Shown: positions 1-13,069, counted from the stretch's first letter. The stretch: DNA of 64,000 bases from an uncultured Ruminococcus sp. (GCA_902778145.1 CACYWW010000005.1:65013-129012); one strand, 5' to 3'. The notes: a model not told the origin generated them from the letters alone. Program-made: numbers and translations.

Positions 1-508
1 CGCGGGCTTCAATACAGCGGATCTGTCCGCGATGAGCGAGCCCGGGAAGATACTTATGATCGCCCTCATGCTGACGGGAGGCTCGCCCGGTTCCACCGCC
101 GGCGGTATGAAAACAACGACGGTCGCCGTACTTTTCCTTGCGGCCATCTCCGTCTTCCGCCGCCGCGACGACGTTGAAGGCTTCCGCCGCAGGATCCCCG
201 AGAACGCCGTCAGGAACGCCGGAGCGATACTCTTCATGTATCTTACGCTGTTTCTGACGTCCGCGGCGGCCATATGTCTCATTGACGGGTATCCGCTGCT
301 CACCTGTATGTTTGAAACGGGATCCGCTGTCGGCACCGTCGGCGTGACGCTCGGCATCACCGCGGCACTCAGCGCGCCGTCAAGGCTGATACTGATGATA
401 CTCATGTTTCTCGGCAGAGTCGGAGTACTGACGCTGATATACGCGGCGCTGCCCTCCGGCGCGAACACGGAATCGAGACTGCCGCAGGAAAAAATCTCAA
501 TAGGTTAA
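1..508 (+). CDS. TrkH/KtrB-family K+ uptake membrane protein, C-terminal part (5' end outside window)
   Basis: The frame of ORF 32..508 stays open to the window edge. It has a 'GGSPGSTAGGMKTTT' pore-loop-like signature and a hydrophobic C-terminus, and is directly followed by trkA. Confidence 0.8.
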   Translation, partial: AGFNTADLSAMSEPGKILMIALMLTGGSPGSTAGGMKTTTVAVLFLAAISVFRRRDDVEGFRRRIPENAVRNAGAILFMYLTLFLTSAAAICLIDGYPLLTCMFETGSAVGTVGVTLGITAALSAPSRLILMILMFLGRVGVLTLIYAALPSGANTESRLPQEKISIG

Positions 509-526
509 GATCCGGGAGGATATTCC

Positions 527-1171
527 ATGAAATCTGTTTTACTGATCGGCGCGGGGCAGTTCGGCTGCCACGTTGCGAAGATCATGAATGAAATGCGCTG
601 TGAGATCATGGCGGTGGACATCGATGAATCGAGTATAAACGATATACTGCCCTTCTGCACGAGCGCACAGATCGGCGACGGGACGAACGAGGAATTTCTC
701 CGCTCGCTCGGCGTCGGCAATTTCGACGTCTGCATCGTCAGCATCGGCGACAATTTTCAATCATCGCTTGAGATCACCGCGCTTCTGAAGGAGCTCGGAG
801 CGCAGGTGGTGATATCCCGCGCGTCAAACGACGTACAGGAAAAATTTCTTCTGCGCAACGGCGCGGACGAGGTCGTGTATCCGGAAAAACAGTCGGCGAG
901 ACGTCTTGCCGTCAAGCTGTCGTCGGACGCCATTCTCGATTTCTTCGAGCTTGACGAGAGCTATTCCATATACGAGATGGCTATGCCGCGCGACTGGGTC
1001 GGAAAGAGCGTCGTTCAGCTCGACGTACGCAGAAAATACAATATAAACGTTATTTCCATCAAAAGGGACGGCAGAGTCATGATCCCCGGAGCGGACACCG
1101 TCATGTCGCAGGACGACAGGCTGTACGTTATCGGAGACATGAAGGATCTGCGCAGATGCTTTAAATTATAA
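527..1171 (+). CDS. trkA: TrkA/KtrA K+ uptake regulatory subunit (RCK, NAD-binding)
   Basis: Rossmann motif 'LLIGAGQFG' at the N-terminus and a TrkA-C-like C-terminal half. RBS GGGAGGA lies upstream, and the gene sits between two TrkH-type genes. Confidence 0.9.
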   Translation: MKSVLLIGAGQFGCHVAKIMNEMRCEIMAVDIDESSINDILPFCTSAQIGDGTNEEFLRSLGVGNFDVCIVSIGDNFQSSLEITALLKELGAQVVISRASNDVQEKFLLRNGADEVVYPEKQSARRLAVKLSSDAILDFFELDESYSIYEMAMPRDWVGKSVVQLDVRRKYNINVISIKRDGRVMIPGADTVMSQDDRLYVIGDMKDLRRCFKL

Positions 1172-1186
1172 ACCGGCGGTCTTATT

Positions 1187-2623
1187 ATGAATTACAGGAT
1201 GTTGTTATATCTGCTTTGCGTGATACTGCTCATAGAAGCGGCGTTTTTGCTGATCCCGCTTCTTGTGGCGCTCGTATACGGTGAGTCTGTCGTTCCGTTC
1301 CTCATAACGGTCGGCGTGCTTGTCGCCGTAGCGGTGCCGGGTGTCCTGCAAAAGCCGAAAAACACGAAGATCTACGCAAAGGAAGGCTTTGTAACCGTCG
1401 CTTTGTCGTGGCTGCTCATGTCGGCCTTCGGAGCGCTCCCGTTCGTTTTATCGGGCGCCATACCGAACTATATAGACGCGTTTTTTGAAACGTGCTCCGG
1501 ATTTTCGACTACCGGAGCCTCCATACTCAGGGTGATCGAAGGATTGCCGAAGGGCGTGCTCTTCTGGCGCAGCTTTACACACTGGATCGGCGGTATGGGC
1601 GTGCTCGTATTCATGCTCGCGATCCTTCCGCAGGGCGGACACGCGATCTATCTGCTCCGCGCGGAGGTACCGGGCCCGACGAAGGGCAAGCTCGTGCCGA
1701 AGCTCCGTCACACGGCGATCATCCTTTACGGTATATATATAGTTCTCACGGTCGCTGAGGTCGTGGCGCTCCTGATCACCGGTATGCCGCTTTACGACTC
1801 ACTTGTAAACGCTTTCGGCACGGCCGGCACCGGCGGCTTCTCCGTTCTCAACGATTCGATCGCCGGGTATAACAACCCCGCCGCCGAATGGGTCATAGCC
1901 GTTTTCATGCTGATATTCGGCATAAACTTCAACCTTTACTTCTTTATACTTATCGGAAAATGGCGTGAGCTTCTGAAAAGCGAGGAGCTGCGGGTGTACC
2001 TCTCGCTCGCCCTCATATCGGTGACGGTGATCTGCATACAGACTTACAACACGTTCGATTCGTTCAGCGACTGCATCAGATCGTCCTTCTTCCAGACGAC
2101 GTCCATAGTGTCTACGAGCGGCTTCTCCACGCGTGACTTCGATCTCTGGCCCGGGCTTACGAAGATGCTACTCGTGTTTCTCATGTTCACGGGCTCCTGC
2201 GCGGGCTCTACCGCGGGCGGAGTAAAGATCTCGAGGCTTCTGATCGTTTTCAAGAACACGATGCGCGAGATAAAGCATATGCTCCATCCGCGCTCCGTGA
2301 ACACCGTGCGCGTCGACGGAGAACCCGTTCCGGAGGAGACGGTCAGATCCGCGGTCAACTACATCACGCTTTATCTCACCGTGTTCATCGTGTCTGCTTT
2401 GGCGATATCCGTAGACGGATTCAGCTTTGAGACCAATTTCACCGGGACTCTCGCGTGTCTCAACAACATAGGGCCGGGTCTCGGCAAGGTCGGGCCTGCC
2501 GGCAACTACGCCGATTTTTCGGTCTTTTCAAAGATCATCCTTTCATTCGACATGCTTTTCGGCAGACTTGAGCTTATGCCGATGATAATACTCTTCTCTC
2601 CCTCGACATGGAGGAAAAAATAA
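1187..2623 (+). CDS. trkH: TrkH/KtrB-family K+ transporter membrane subunit
   Basis: 478 aa and polytopic. Repeated pore-loop motifs ('SGFSTTGAS', 'GTAGTGGFS', 'TSGFST', 'GSCAGSTAGGVK') are typical of TrkH. Confidence 0.9.
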   Translation: MNYRMLLYLLCVILLIEAAFLLIPLLVALVYGESVVPFLITVGVLVAVAVPGVLQKPKNTKIYAKEGFVTVALSWLLMSAFGALPFVLSGAIPNYIDAFFETCSGFSTTGASILRVIEGLPKGVLFWRSFTHWIGGMGVLVFMLAILPQGGHAIYLLRAEVPGPTKGKLVPKLRHTAIILYGIYIVLTVAEVVALLITGMPLYDSLVNAFGTAGTGGFSVLNDSIAGYNNPAAEWVIAVFMLIFGINFNLYFFILIGKWRELLKSEELRVYLSLALISVTVICIQTYNTFDSFSDCIRSSFFQTTSIVSTSGFSTRDFDLWPGLTKMLLVFLMFTGSCAGSTAGGVKISRLLIVFKNTMREIKHMLHPRSVNTVRVDGEPVPEETVRSAVNYITLYLTVFIVSALAISVDGFSFETNFTGTLACLNNIGPGLGKVGPAGNYADFSVFSKIILSFDMLFGRLELMPMIILFSPSTWRKK

Positions 2624-3450
2624 TGTACGAGCTTTGTATCAACACGGGAACGGGCTTCGGCCTCGGGATCCCGGAGATGCTGCCGCATATAAAAGCCGCC
2701 GGTTTCGACGGCTTTTTCACGTCGTGGCACGAAGGCAAAACAAAAGAGATCGCCGCGTTGGCGGATAAACACGGACTTTTGTATCAGTCCGTTCACGCGC
2801 CGTTCAACGAGACGGACGCGCTCTGGGAGCCGGGCGACAAGGGTGAATACGTCAAGGAGACGCTCATCCGCTGTGTAAACGAGTGCAGGGACGCGGGCGT
2901 CCCGCGGATAATCATGCATACAGTGATCGGCATGGACCGTCATACGCCGACGGAGATCGGCTTGCAGAGATTCTGCCGGATAGTCAAACGCGCCGAGAAG
3001 ATCGGCATAGATATAGCGTTTGAGAACACGGAGGGCGCGGAATATCTCGCAGCGGTGATGGAGAGGTTCCGGTCGCTGTACGTCGGCTTCTGCTGGGATA
3101 CCGGGCACGAAATGTGTTACAATTACGGAAACGACATGACGGCGCTGTACGGCGACAGATTGAAATGCACACATCTCAACGACAATTTCGGCATGGCAGA
3201 CAGATCGGTCATGACGTGGCTCGACGACTCACACATGATGCCGTTCGACGGGACGGCTGACTGGCGGTCGATAGCGGACAGGCTCAACAGATGCGGTTAC
3301 CGCGGCGAGCTCACGTTCGAGCTTACGAGAAACAGCAAGCCCGGCAAGAACACGCACGACATATACGCAGGGCTCGACGTGGACGGTTTCCTGTCACTTG
3401 CATACGAAAAAGCCGTCCGATTCAGGAGAATGGCGGCTGCCGGATCATGA
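2623..3450 (+). CDS. sugar phosphate isomerase/epimerase (xylose-isomerase-like TIM barrel) family protein
   Basis: 'SVHAPF', 'IAFENTEG' and 'WDTGH' motifs fit AP-endonuclease-2/xylose-isomerase-like barrels. The start was moved to ATG 2623, which overlaps the trkH stop (taATG) and has GGAGGA 8 nt upstream. Confidence 0.7.
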   Translation: MYELCINTGTGFGLGIPEMLPHIKAAGFDGFFTSWHEGKTKEIAALADKHGLLYQSVHAPFNETDALWEPGDKGEYVKETLIRCVNECRDAGVPRIIMHTVIGMDRHTPTEIGLQRFCRIVKRAEKIGIDIAFENTEGAEYLAAVMERFRSLYVGFCWDTGHEMCYNYGNDMTALYGDRLKCTHLNDNFGMADRSVMTWLDDSHMMPFDGTADWRSIADRLNRCGYRGELTFELTRNSKPGKNTHDIYAGLDVDGFLSLAYEKAVRFRRMAAAGS

Positions 3451-4298
3451 GAAAATACGTTCTTCCGCTTCTTCTCTTTACCGTTTTCTCAGCCGTCGGC
3501 GTAACGCTGTGGCTTACAAAGGATAACTTATTCTATCTGTTCAACTTCGGATACATAGGCGGCGCGATCGCGCTCGGTCTTGTGCTTTTCATAAAAAAAT
3601 ACCGCCACGCGCGGCGCGTCACGCAGCTTCTCGTCGGCGGCTATATGCTTGTATATCTCGGGCTTATCTGTCGTGAGAACATGCAGCTCGAGGGCTTCTT
3701 CTATTACCTTTTCACCGGCGTCTTCGAGGCGGCGACGATCCACTACGCCGTGGCGAAGATACTCGGTCCTCTCCTGTTCGGACGCGGCTGGTGCGGCTAC
3801 GCCTGCTGGACCGCGGCTGTGCTCGATTTATTACCGTATAAGACGCCGCAAAGCCCGCGGAAAAAGCTCGGTTTTCTCAGATACATAATGTTTTCCGCAT
3901 CTCTGTTGTTCGTTTCGGCTCTGTTTCTTGCACATGTCGGAAATTTGGAGAAAATCATGTTCGCCGCTTTCATCTTCGGAAACGTTCTGTATTACGCCTC
4001 GGGCGTGATACTCGCGTTTGTAATGCGAGACAACCGCGCGTTCTGCAAATATCTCTGTCCCGTCACGGTGTTTCTTAAACCGATGAGTTATTTTTCGCTT
4101 TTGCGGGTAAGCTGTGACAAAAGCCGCTGCGTTGAATGCGGAAAATGCCGGAAGATCTGTCCGATGAACGTGGATATGACGGACAACAGCCGCCGCCGTG
4201 AAAACGGCACCGAATGCATCCTGTGCATGGAATGTGTGAAGGTGTGCCCGAAAAACGCGCTCGGCCACGGATCGGGCAAAGAAAAGACCGCACGCTGA
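3447..4298 (+). CDS. membrane 4Fe-4S ferredoxin-type protein (NapH/MauN-like)
   Basis: N-terminal TM helices, then Cys clusters 'CGYACW', 'CKYLCP', 'CVECGKCRKICP' and 'CILCMECVKVCP'. The start was moved to ATG 3447 (MRKYVLPLLL), overlapping the previous stop; the 52 upstream codons of ORF 3291 are Arg-rich overlap. Confidence 0.7.
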   Translation: MRKYVLPLLLFTVFSAVGVTLWLTKDNLFYLFNFGYIGGAIALGLVLFIKKYRHARRVTQLLVGGYMLVYLGLICRENMQLEGFFYYLFTGVFEAATIHYAVAKILGPLLFGRGWCGYACWTAAVLDLLPYKTPQSPRKKLGFLRYIMFSASLLFVSALFLAHVGNLEKIMFAAFIFGNVLYYASGVILAFVMRDNRAFCKYLCPVTVFLKPMSYFSLLRVSCDKSRCVECGKCRKICPMNVDMTDNSRRRENGTECILCMECVKVCPKNALGHGSGKEKTAR

Positions 4299-4311
4299 GG
4301 TGCGGTCCTGA

Positions 4312-5265
4312 TCATATCATTTCATGCGGGATGAGCTCAACCGTGCCGCCGCTCTCTCTGACCTTGAAGATCGAGACGTGCTCGTATGTTTCGTGCGTCG
4401 CGTTCGGCGTGTGGAACGTCATGTAAAGCGTACCGTCGTGCCCGTAGAACATCATCGAATGACCGCCGTCATAAATGAACTCCGGATTCATTTTATAGCT
4501 GTAGATCTCCCTGCTCTGATGCTTCCACTGACCCGTTATAAGACCTGTTTCCGAATATGATACGCCGACGGCGTACGCGTTTTTCTCGTATCCGGGCATG
4601 AAGTTCGACCACGTCATGATCATCCTTCCGCTGTCCGTGATACCTATGAACGGTCCGTCCGTCACTCCGCGATCGGTCCAGTCAGGTTCATTCGCGAGAA
4701 AGAGCTGCACAGGCTCCGATATGAGATGCGTCAGATCCGGCGAGAGCTTTGCCGCCGCCATCGCGCCGACACCGTCCGGCATACAAGTCCACTCGTGTAC
4801 GAAAACGAGCCAGGGCTGACCTTCCGGATCGACGTAAAGCGTACCATCGATGCAATCCCATCCGCTCGGGGAGACGCAGTAACCGGCGATATCCTCAAAC
4901 GGCCCGAGCGGACTGTCCGCGCGGTAGACAGAAATGCTCCTGTGATTTATCATTTTATTGAATGTTGACGTGAAAATATAGAATTTTCCCATATAATAGT
5001 GGCATTCCGGCGCCCAGAAAAAGTCCTTCACCCCGGGATGATCCGCCGGCTTTTCATATACGAGCAAGGGATCCGACCAGTTTTCAAGATCACGGCTGAC
5101 GAGAGCCTCGATACCGCGCTCATGAGCTGATCTGTAAAGGAAGTAGTCGCCGCCGGCGGGCAGGATGAACGGGTCGCGGCAGTAGAGTTTATCAGACAGC
5201 CTGTTCGGGAACTCTTTTATAAACGACGTATCGATCCCCGGTACGTTCATATTTGATATTTTCAT
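4312..5265 (-). CDS. glycoside hydrolase family 43-like (beta-propeller arabinofuranosidase/xylosidase type)
   Basis: 'RDPFILP', 'FWAPECHYY..GKFYIF', 'IDGTLYVD' and 'VHEW' blades are typical of GH43. No signal peptide. Confidence 0.75.
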   Translation of the reverse strand: MKISNMNVPGIDTSFIKEFPNRLSDKLYCRDPFILPAGGDYFLYRSAHERGIEALVSRDLENWSDPLLVYEKPADHPGVKDFFWAPECHYYMGKFYIFTSTFNKMINHRSISVYRADSPLGPFEDIAGYCVSPSGWDCIDGTLYVDPEGQPWLVFVHEWTCMPDGVGAMAAAKLSPDLTHLISEPVQLFLANEPDWTDRGVTDGPFIGITDSGRMIMTWSNFMPGYEKNAYAVGVSYSETGLITGQWKHQSREIYSYKMNPEFIYDGGHSMMFYGHDGTLYMTFHTPNATHETYEHVSIFKVRESGGTVELIPHEMI

Positions 5266-5365
5266 AACATGCTCCTTTTTTTACTGATTGTATCACACCC
5301 GTTCCCGATTGTCAATCATAAAAACTCAACTTCATGTTAAATACGCTTTCAAGCGGAGGTTCGAT

Positions 5366-6544
5366 ATGGTTTTAGCCGGCATAGACAGGATAGACGAGGA
5401 GGACGTCGCGTCAAAGCTCAGAGGCAAACGCCTCGGAGTCATATCATCGACGTCGGGGCTTTCGTCGGATCTCAGATATCCGATGGACGTACTGAATGAA
5501 AAATACAATACAACGGCGCTTTTTGCGCCGGAGCACGGCCCGCGCGGTGTGGCAGGCCCAGGTGAAAAGATCTCGGGCGGTATCGACCGAACGACGGGGC
5601 TTCCCGTTTTCAGTCTTTTCGAGGACTTCCTCACCTCAGCTGACCCCGATGAAAAGGAGCGCGCGTACGCGCCGGCTGACGAGGCCTTATCCCGGATCGA
5701 CATGATGGTGTTCGATATGCAGGACGCGGGCTCCCGCTATTTCACCTACGTTTCAACACTTTTCTACGTCATGCGCGCCTGCGGCAGACGCGGCGTTCCG
5801 CTCACCGTACTCGACCGCCCGAATCCGCTCGGCGGCAAAGTCGAGGGATGCCTGCCGGACGAAAAAAATCTGTCGTTCATAGGTCTGACCCGCGTTCCGA
5901 TCCGCCACGGTATGACGGTCGGGGAGCTCGCGCGCTTTTACAACGGTGAATACGGCCTCGGCTGTGAGCTGACGGTCGTGACGATGCGCGGCTGGGAACG
6001 TGATATGTACTTTGACGATACCGGGCTTCCGTTTATACGTCCGAGTCCCAATCTTCCGACGATGCAGTCCCTTCTCGCCTATAACGGCACTTGCATGCTC
6101 GCCGGGACGAACGTCTCCGAGGGTCGCGGTACGACGGAGCCGTTCACACTCATAGGAGGCGAATTCATAGATCCCGACGCGCTTTGTCAAAGGCTCAGAT
6201 CGAAGGATCTGCCCGGAGTCAGGTTCAGCCCGGCGTATTTCCGTCCGGAATTTTCAAAGCTCGCTCACAGGACGCTGTACGGCGTTCGCCTTCACATATA
6301 CGATAAAAAAGCGCTTGAACCGGTAAGACTCGGAGTCGTCATGATAGACACGATACGGGAGATGTATCCCGATGATTTCGAGTTCACAAAGCCGAAGACA
6401 GAGGGCGGCAGATACCACATAGATCTTTCCACCGGCAATTCCGATCTGCGTGACGGAGTTCTTGACGCCGACGCCATAATGGAAAAGTGGAACGCCGACA
6501 GCGTCAATTTCTATCCGATATACGAAAAATACAGACTTTATTAA
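5366..6544 (+). CDS. DUF1343 family protein (YbbC/NamZ-like exo-muramidase family)
   Basis: 'LFAPEHG', 'MVFDMQDAGSRYFTY' and 'VLDRPNPLGG' match conserved DUF1343 blocks. Start chosen at ATG 5366 (MVLAGIDRI). Confidence 0.75.
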   Translation: MVLAGIDRIDEEDVASKLRGKRLGVISSTSGLSSDLRYPMDVLNEKYNTTALFAPEHGPRGVAGPGEKISGGIDRTTGLPVFSLFEDFLTSADPDEKERAYAPADEALSRIDMMVFDMQDAGSRYFTYVSTLFYVMRACGRRGVPLTVLDRPNPLGGKVEGCLPDEKNLSFIGLTRVPIRHGMTVGELARFYNGEYGLGCELTVVTMRGWERDMYFDDTGLPFIRPSPNLPTMQSLLAYNGTCMLAGTNVSEGRGTTEPFTLIGGEFIDPDALCQRLRSKDLPGVRFSPAYFRPEFSKLAHRTLYGVRLHIYDKKALEPVRLGVVMIDTIREMYPDDFEFTKPKTEGGRYHIDLSTGNSDLRDGVLDADAIMEKWNADSVNFYPIYEKYRLY

Positions 6545-6568
6545 AACGCTTGTTTCAAGCGTTTTTTT
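6544..6568 (+). terminator. intrinsic terminator after the DUF1343 gene
   Basis: Stem acgctt/aagcgt followed by TTTTTTT immediately after the stop codon. Confidence 0.7.
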
Positions 6569-6795
6569 GTATTTTTCCGTGATACCGGCGCATAATACCG
6601 TCGTATGAAGAGAAAAACACTATTATTCGTGCCGGCTCTTTCGGCGCTTTTGTCTGAGCTGTGCCGGGCGTCGTATCTGCCTTATCGGGAGCCGCAAACA
6701 AGGACCGTGCCGGCGTTCGCCGGCACGGTCGATCTGAAATTCATTTGTCTTGCCGCGATCACGGTGATCGCCGCTTCTCTGCCGTTCTTTTCGGG

Positions 6796-7734
6796 TCACG
6801 ACGGGAACGGGAACGCCTGAGACGACGTAATCCGCCGCCACGCTCCTCCGTGAAGCTTGAACGCGCCCGCGTCATTGTAATAGGCGTATGATACCGACCC
6901 GTCGCGGTATACGAGCGCGATTATATACGTCACGCCGGAGGCCGGGTCCGCTGTATCCTCGCCTGTGTTCACGCTTTTGAGAAAATCCGTGATCCTTGTG
7001 ATATCTTCCTCGTCTGTATACTTCACGTTTTTGTCCGCGGTGCTTATGATGATCCTTGAGATATCCGTGTATTTAAGCTCCGATACCGTGACCTTCGCTC
7101 CGCTGTCCGGGCTGAAGACAGGCACGCCTCCGCCGCAGGTCACGACACCGACATTGCCGACGGCGACGCAGCCGAGATCGGCGGGATTGCCGCGGAATTC
7201 GGTGACGGTCACGGCAAGAACGGAATACACGTCCGGCATATTCTCGCCGGCCTGCTGACGCGAAAGATACAGTCTCAGCTCACCATCGCCTCTGAAAACG
7301 GATGTGGAATATCCGAGGATCCCGCTGTAGCAGCCTATACCGTACGTGTCCGTCGCGTCGTCCGCGTACGTAAAAAGTATATCGTCCGTTATGCCGTTGC
7401 CGTCCGCGTCGCACAAAACGGCGCTGATCAGTCCGGGCGTGCCGGAGATATCCACGTACGTATAGCTGTAGCCGGGATAAAGCGCAACGGTGTAGCCCGT
7501 CTCCGACGATTTGAACAACGATATTCCGTTGAAGTCATCCGGCGTCACGTTATATGTCGTCTTTTTCGTGAAGCCGTTTTCCTTGAGCTCCGGGTTCTCC
7601 TTGAGAAGCTCCGCGACGCCGTCCTTTGTGCAATTGTTCGTCATATATCCGCTTCTGTCCGGTTTACAGGAAGAAACGGAAAAAATAAGTACCGCCGTGA
7701 TCAAAAGCACGGCGGTCAACTTGATTTTTTTCAT
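6796..7734 (-). CDS. putative lipoprotein, function unknown
   Basis: Signal peptide with lipobox 'IFSVSSC'. The mature part has no recognisable catalytic motif. Confidence 0.6.
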   Translation of the reverse strand: MKKIKLTAVLLITAVLIFSVSSCKPDRSGYMTNNCTKDGVAELLKENPELKENGFTKKTTYNVTPDDFNGISLFKSSETGYTVALYPGYSYTYVDISGTPGLISAVLCDADGNGITDDILFTYADDATDTYGIGCYSGILGYSTSVFRGDGELRLYLSRQQAGENMPDVYSVLAVTVTEFRGNPADLGCVAVGNVGVVTCGGGVPVFSPDSGAKVTVSELKYTDISRIIISTADKNVKYTDEEDITRITDFLKSVNTGEDTADPASGVTYIIALVYRDGSVSYAYYNDAGAFKLHGGAWRRITSSQAFPFPS

Positions 7735-7792
7735 ATTATCCGCCCTGATCTTTTTTTATAATTATAACAGGGCGCCGGTTGTTTGTCAAGAT

Positions 7793-8413
7793 TCAGTTGA
7801 ATTTATTTTCAAGTCTCTCAAGCACCGGCAAAAGCGCGGAATACGCGAGCACGGCGATCAGCGTCAGAAGCAGTCCCTTTCCGAGGTTGAACGGCGTGTT
7901 GAAAATAAGCAGCGCCTGCGGCAGATCCTTTATCCACGGTAAAAGCTTTACGTACGTATCGACGACGCCCTGCACCGAACCGCCGAAATATATGCGAGTG
8001 TACGCGGGATACACGACAAAGAGGTTTACGGGGTAGGCGATGACCGTCATCGCCAAAGCACCCGCGGCGCCGCCCGCAAGAAGTCCGCCCCTGCTCTTAT
8101 GTTTTTTGAATATGAGCGACGCGACGGCGACGTATGAAGCGCCGATCACGAAATTGGCGATCTCACCGACGCCTCCCGTACTTCCCATCGGGATATGGAT
8201 CAGGTTTTTGATCAGGCAGACGAGCACGCCCCAGAGCGGACCGGCGGTTATCCCCGTGAAAAGTCCCGGGAAGTCCGACAGATCGAGCTTGATGTACGGA
8301 GGCATGAACGGCAGCATGATCTCAAACACCGGAAGCATCAGTATGACCGCAATCGCGGACATTATTGCAGTTATAACGAGCTTGTAAAGGATCTTTTTGT
8401 TTTTGCTTTTCAT
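7793..8413 (-). CDS. ribU: ECF-transporter S component, riboflavin-type (RibU-like)
   Basis: About 206 aa with about 6 TM helices, directly downstream of an FMN riboswitch. Start moved to ATG 8413 (MKSKNKK), because the longer ORF would run through the riboswitch terminator. Confidence 0.8.
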   Translation of the reverse strand: MKSKNKKILYKLVITAIMSAIAVILMLPVFEIMLPFMPPYIKLDLSDFPGLFTGITAGPLWGVLVCLIKNLIHIPMGSTGGVGEIANFVIGASYVAVASLIFKKHKSRGGLLAGGAAGALAMTVIAYPVNLFVVYPAYTRIYFGGSVQGVVDTYVKLLPWIKDLPQALLIFNTPFNLGKGLLLTLIAVLAYSALLPVLERLENKFN

Positions 8414-8606
8414 TATAAAACCAAAGCCCCCGATCGCTCGGGGGCTTTTCAAACCTTTCTTACGGCGCGTGTGACGCGCCATTATTTTCTCTCATCCGGA
8501 CTTTACCGTCGGTGCAGGAGTTTCACCTGCTCGGCAGCTTGCGCTGTTAGTGGACTGTACCACCGGTTTGGAATTTCACCTGAGCCGTAAACGGCTCCCC
8601 CGAAAA
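8414..8606 (-). promoter_or_regulatory. FMN riboswitch (RFN element) with terminator-type expression platform
   Basis: The minus strand reads ...TTCGGGGGAGCCG...GGTGAAATTCCAAACCGGTGGTA.AGTCCAC...GCAGGTGAAACTCCTGCACCGACGGTAAAGTCCGGATGAGAG, which is the conserved RFN core. It is followed by hairpin AGCCCCCG/CGGGGGCT (8425-8446) plus a U-rich tract before ribU. Confidence 0.85.
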
Positions 8607-8637
8607 TAATTATATTCAGTTTTGGAGTTTTTGTGAC

Positions 8638-9843
8638 TTATCCGTCTATTTCGGTAACAACGCCGGAACCGACGGTTCTGCCGCCTTCACGGATAGCGAA
8701 GCGGAGACCTTTTTCGATAGCGATCGGGGTGATGAGCTCAACGTTCATGACAACGTTATCACCCGGGCGGCACATGTCAACGCCTTCGGGAAGGCTGATA
8801 ACGCCGGTAACGTCAGTCGTTCTGAAATAGAACTGGGGTCTGTAGCCGGGGAAGAACGGTTTCTGACGGCCGCCTTCTTTTTCGGTCAGAACGTAGACCT
8901 GGCCTTTGAATTTGGTGTGCGGATGAATGGAACCGGGTTTGCAAATGACCTGGCCTCTTTCGACCTCTTTCTTCTGGACGCCGCGGAGAAGCAGACCGAT
9001 GTTGTCGCCTGCCTGAGCCTGGTCAAGAAGCTTTCTGAACATTTCAACGCCGGTAACGACGGTGGAACGCTTTTCATCGGAAAGACCGACGATCTCAACG
9101 GTATCACCCATTTTAACGGTGCCGCGCTCTACTCTGCCGGTAGCGACCGTGCCGCGGCCGGTGATGGAGAATACGTCCTCAACAGGCATCAGGAAGGGCA
9201 GGTCAGCCTTTCTGTCAGGAGTGGGGATGTAGTTGTCGACAGCATCCATAAGCTCGTATATAGGAGCGTATACGGGGTCGTTCGGGTCGGTGGAAGTGGA
9301 TTCAAGAGCTTCACGAGCTGAGCCTCTGATTATCGGGATCTCGTCGCCCGGGAAATCGTACTCGTTAAGAAGATCTCTGATCTCCATCTCGACGAGTTCG
9401 AGAAGTTCGGGGTCGTCAACGAGGTCGGTCTTGTTCATGAAGACGACTATCGCGGGAACACCGACCTGACGGGCGAGCAGGATGTGCTCACGAGTCTGCT
9501 GAAGAGGACCGTCGTTACCTGCAACGACCAGGATGGCGCCGTCCATCTGAGCAGCACCGGTGATCATGTTCTTGATATAGTCGGCGTGCCCGGGGCAGTC
9601 AACGTGCGCGTAGTGACGCTTGTCAGTCTCATACTCAACGTGTCTGGTGTTGATTGTGATACCTCTGGCCTTCTCTTCGGGAGCGTTGTCTATCTGGTCG
9701 TACGCCATGAATTCAACGTTGCCGTTCTTGAGACCGAGAGCCTTGGTGATAGCGGCGGTAAGGGTGGTCTTACCATGGTCAACATGGCCTATAGTACCAA
9801 TGTTAACGTGATCTTTGGTTCTGTCGAACTTCTGCTTTGCCAT
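8638..9843 (-). CDS. tuf: elongation factor Tu
   Basis: '[10 protein letters not shown]', 'DCPGHADY' and 'NKTD' motifs, with full-length similarity to EF-Tu. Confidence 0.97.
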   Translation of the reverse strand: MAKQKFDRTKDHVNIGTIGHVDHGKTTLTAAITKALGLKNGNVEFMAYDQIDNAPEEKARGITINTRHVEYETDKRHYAHVDCPGHADYIKNMITGAAQMDGAILVVAGNDGPLQQTREHILLARQVGVPAIVVFMNKTDLVDDPELLELVEMEIRDLLNEYDFPGDEIPIIRGSAREALESTSTDPNDPVYAPIYELMDAVDNYIPTPDRKADLPFLMPVEDVFSITGRGTVATGRVERGTVKMGDTVEIVGLSDEKRSTVVTGVEMFRKLLDQAQAGDNIGLLLRGVQKKEVERGQVICKPGSIHPHTKFKGQVYVLTEKEGGRQKPFFPGYRPQFYFRTTDVTGVISLPEGVDMCRPGDNVVMNVELITPIAIEKGLRFAIREGGRTVGSGVVTEIDG

Positions 9844-9926
9844 TGTTATTTCCTCCTTAATGTGAAACTTCGTTTCATATTATAAATTTAATAGGTTTTG
9901 TTTTTATTATTCCCTTATAAGAGGAG

Positions 9927-12005
<2,079 letters not shown>

Positions 12006-12025
12006 TTACTAAACAACTCCTGAAA

Positions 12026-12496
12026 TCAAACTCTGTAATGTGCGAAGGCTTTGTTCGCCTCAGCCATTTTATGCGTGTCTTCTCTCTTCTTGACGGCGGA
12101 ACCGGTATTGTTCATGGCGTCAAGAATCTCGCCTGCTAAGCGAGCGGCCATCGTTCTCTCACTGCGTTCTCTCGAATATCTCGTGAGCCAGCGGAGACCG
12201 AGCGTTCTCTGTCTTTCGGGGCGTACGTCCATAGGAACCTGGTACGTGGAGCCGCCTACACGACGAGCCTTTACTTCCAGCTTCGGCATGATATTCTCAA
12301 GTGCCGCCTGGAACGCTTCGAGAGGATTCTTTCCGGATTTTTCTTCAACGATCTCGAACGCGTCGTAAACTATCTTCTGAGCAACGCCTTTTTTGCCGTC
12401 CAGCATTATGTTGTTGATAAGCTTTGTTACGAGCTTGGAATTATAAAGCGGATCCGGCAGAACGTCTCTCTTTGATATTTGACCTCTTCTCGGCAT
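12026..12496 (-). CDS. rpsG: 30S ribosomal protein S7
   Basis: [20 protein letters not shown]... is the canonical S7 N-terminus. Start at ATG 12496 with AGGAGGGAAG upstream. Confidence 0.95.
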   Translation of the reverse strand: MPRRGQISKRDVLPDPLYNSKLVTKLINNIMLDGKKGVAQKIVYDAFEIVEEKSGKNPLEAFQAALENIMPKLEVKARRVGGSTYQVPMDVRPERQRTLGLRWLTRYSRERSERTMAARLAGEILDAMNNTGSAVKKREDTHKMAEANKAFAHYRV

Positions 12497-12652
12497 TATG
12501 CTTCCCTCCTTCATATAGATTTATGATATCATAGGTACTCGAAAAATAAGATCCGTAAATGCGGCGGTCAAACGGTAAAATAAAACATTTCCGTATGATT
12601 TATGCCGTCATATATAGAATACTTTCCTGTACTCTCTCACTTCGGCGTGAGA

Positions 12653-13069
12653 TTATTTGGTTTTGGGTCTCTTTGCTCCGTAGAGCGAGCGGCCCTGCAT
12701 TCTCTTGGCGACGCCCTGAGTATCGAGCGTACCGCGGATGATGTGGTAACGTACACCGGGAAGGTCACGTACTCTGCCGCCGCGTATGAGAACTACGCTG
12801 TGCTCCTGCAGGTTGTGGCCGATACCGGGGATGTAGCACGTTGCCTCAAGACCGTTGACGAGCTTGACTCTCGCGATCTTACGGATAGCGGAGTTCGGCT
12901 TCTTAGGTGTAGCAGTGGTGACTTTGGTGCAGACGCCTCTCTTCTGGGGAGAGCTCTGATCCGTAGCGCGTTTCTTCAGCGAGTTGTAGCTCTTCTGAAG
13001 CACGGGAGCCTTGGATTTGTATACCTTTTGCTGACGGCCGTTTTTAACGAGCTGATTGAATGTCGGCAT
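12653..13069 (-). CDS. rpsL: 30S ribosomal protein S12
   Basis: [12 protein letters not shown]...PKKPNSA.RK..RV.L is canonical S12. Confidence 0.97.
   Translation of the reverse strand: MPTFNQLVKNGRQQKVYKSKAPVLQKSYNSLKKRATDQSSPQKRGVCTKVTTATPKKPNSAIRKIARVKLVNGLEATCYIPGIGHNLQEHSVVLIRGGRVRDLPGVRYHIIRGTLDTQGVAKRMQGRSLYGAKRPKTK

Noticed and set aside
6605-6891. Three overlapping 71-76-aa ORFs in the gap between the DUF1343 gene and the lipoprotein gene
   Set aside because: They are mutually overlapping on both strands, lack an RBS, and partly overlap the 3' end of the 6796-7734 gene. They are most likely non-coding.
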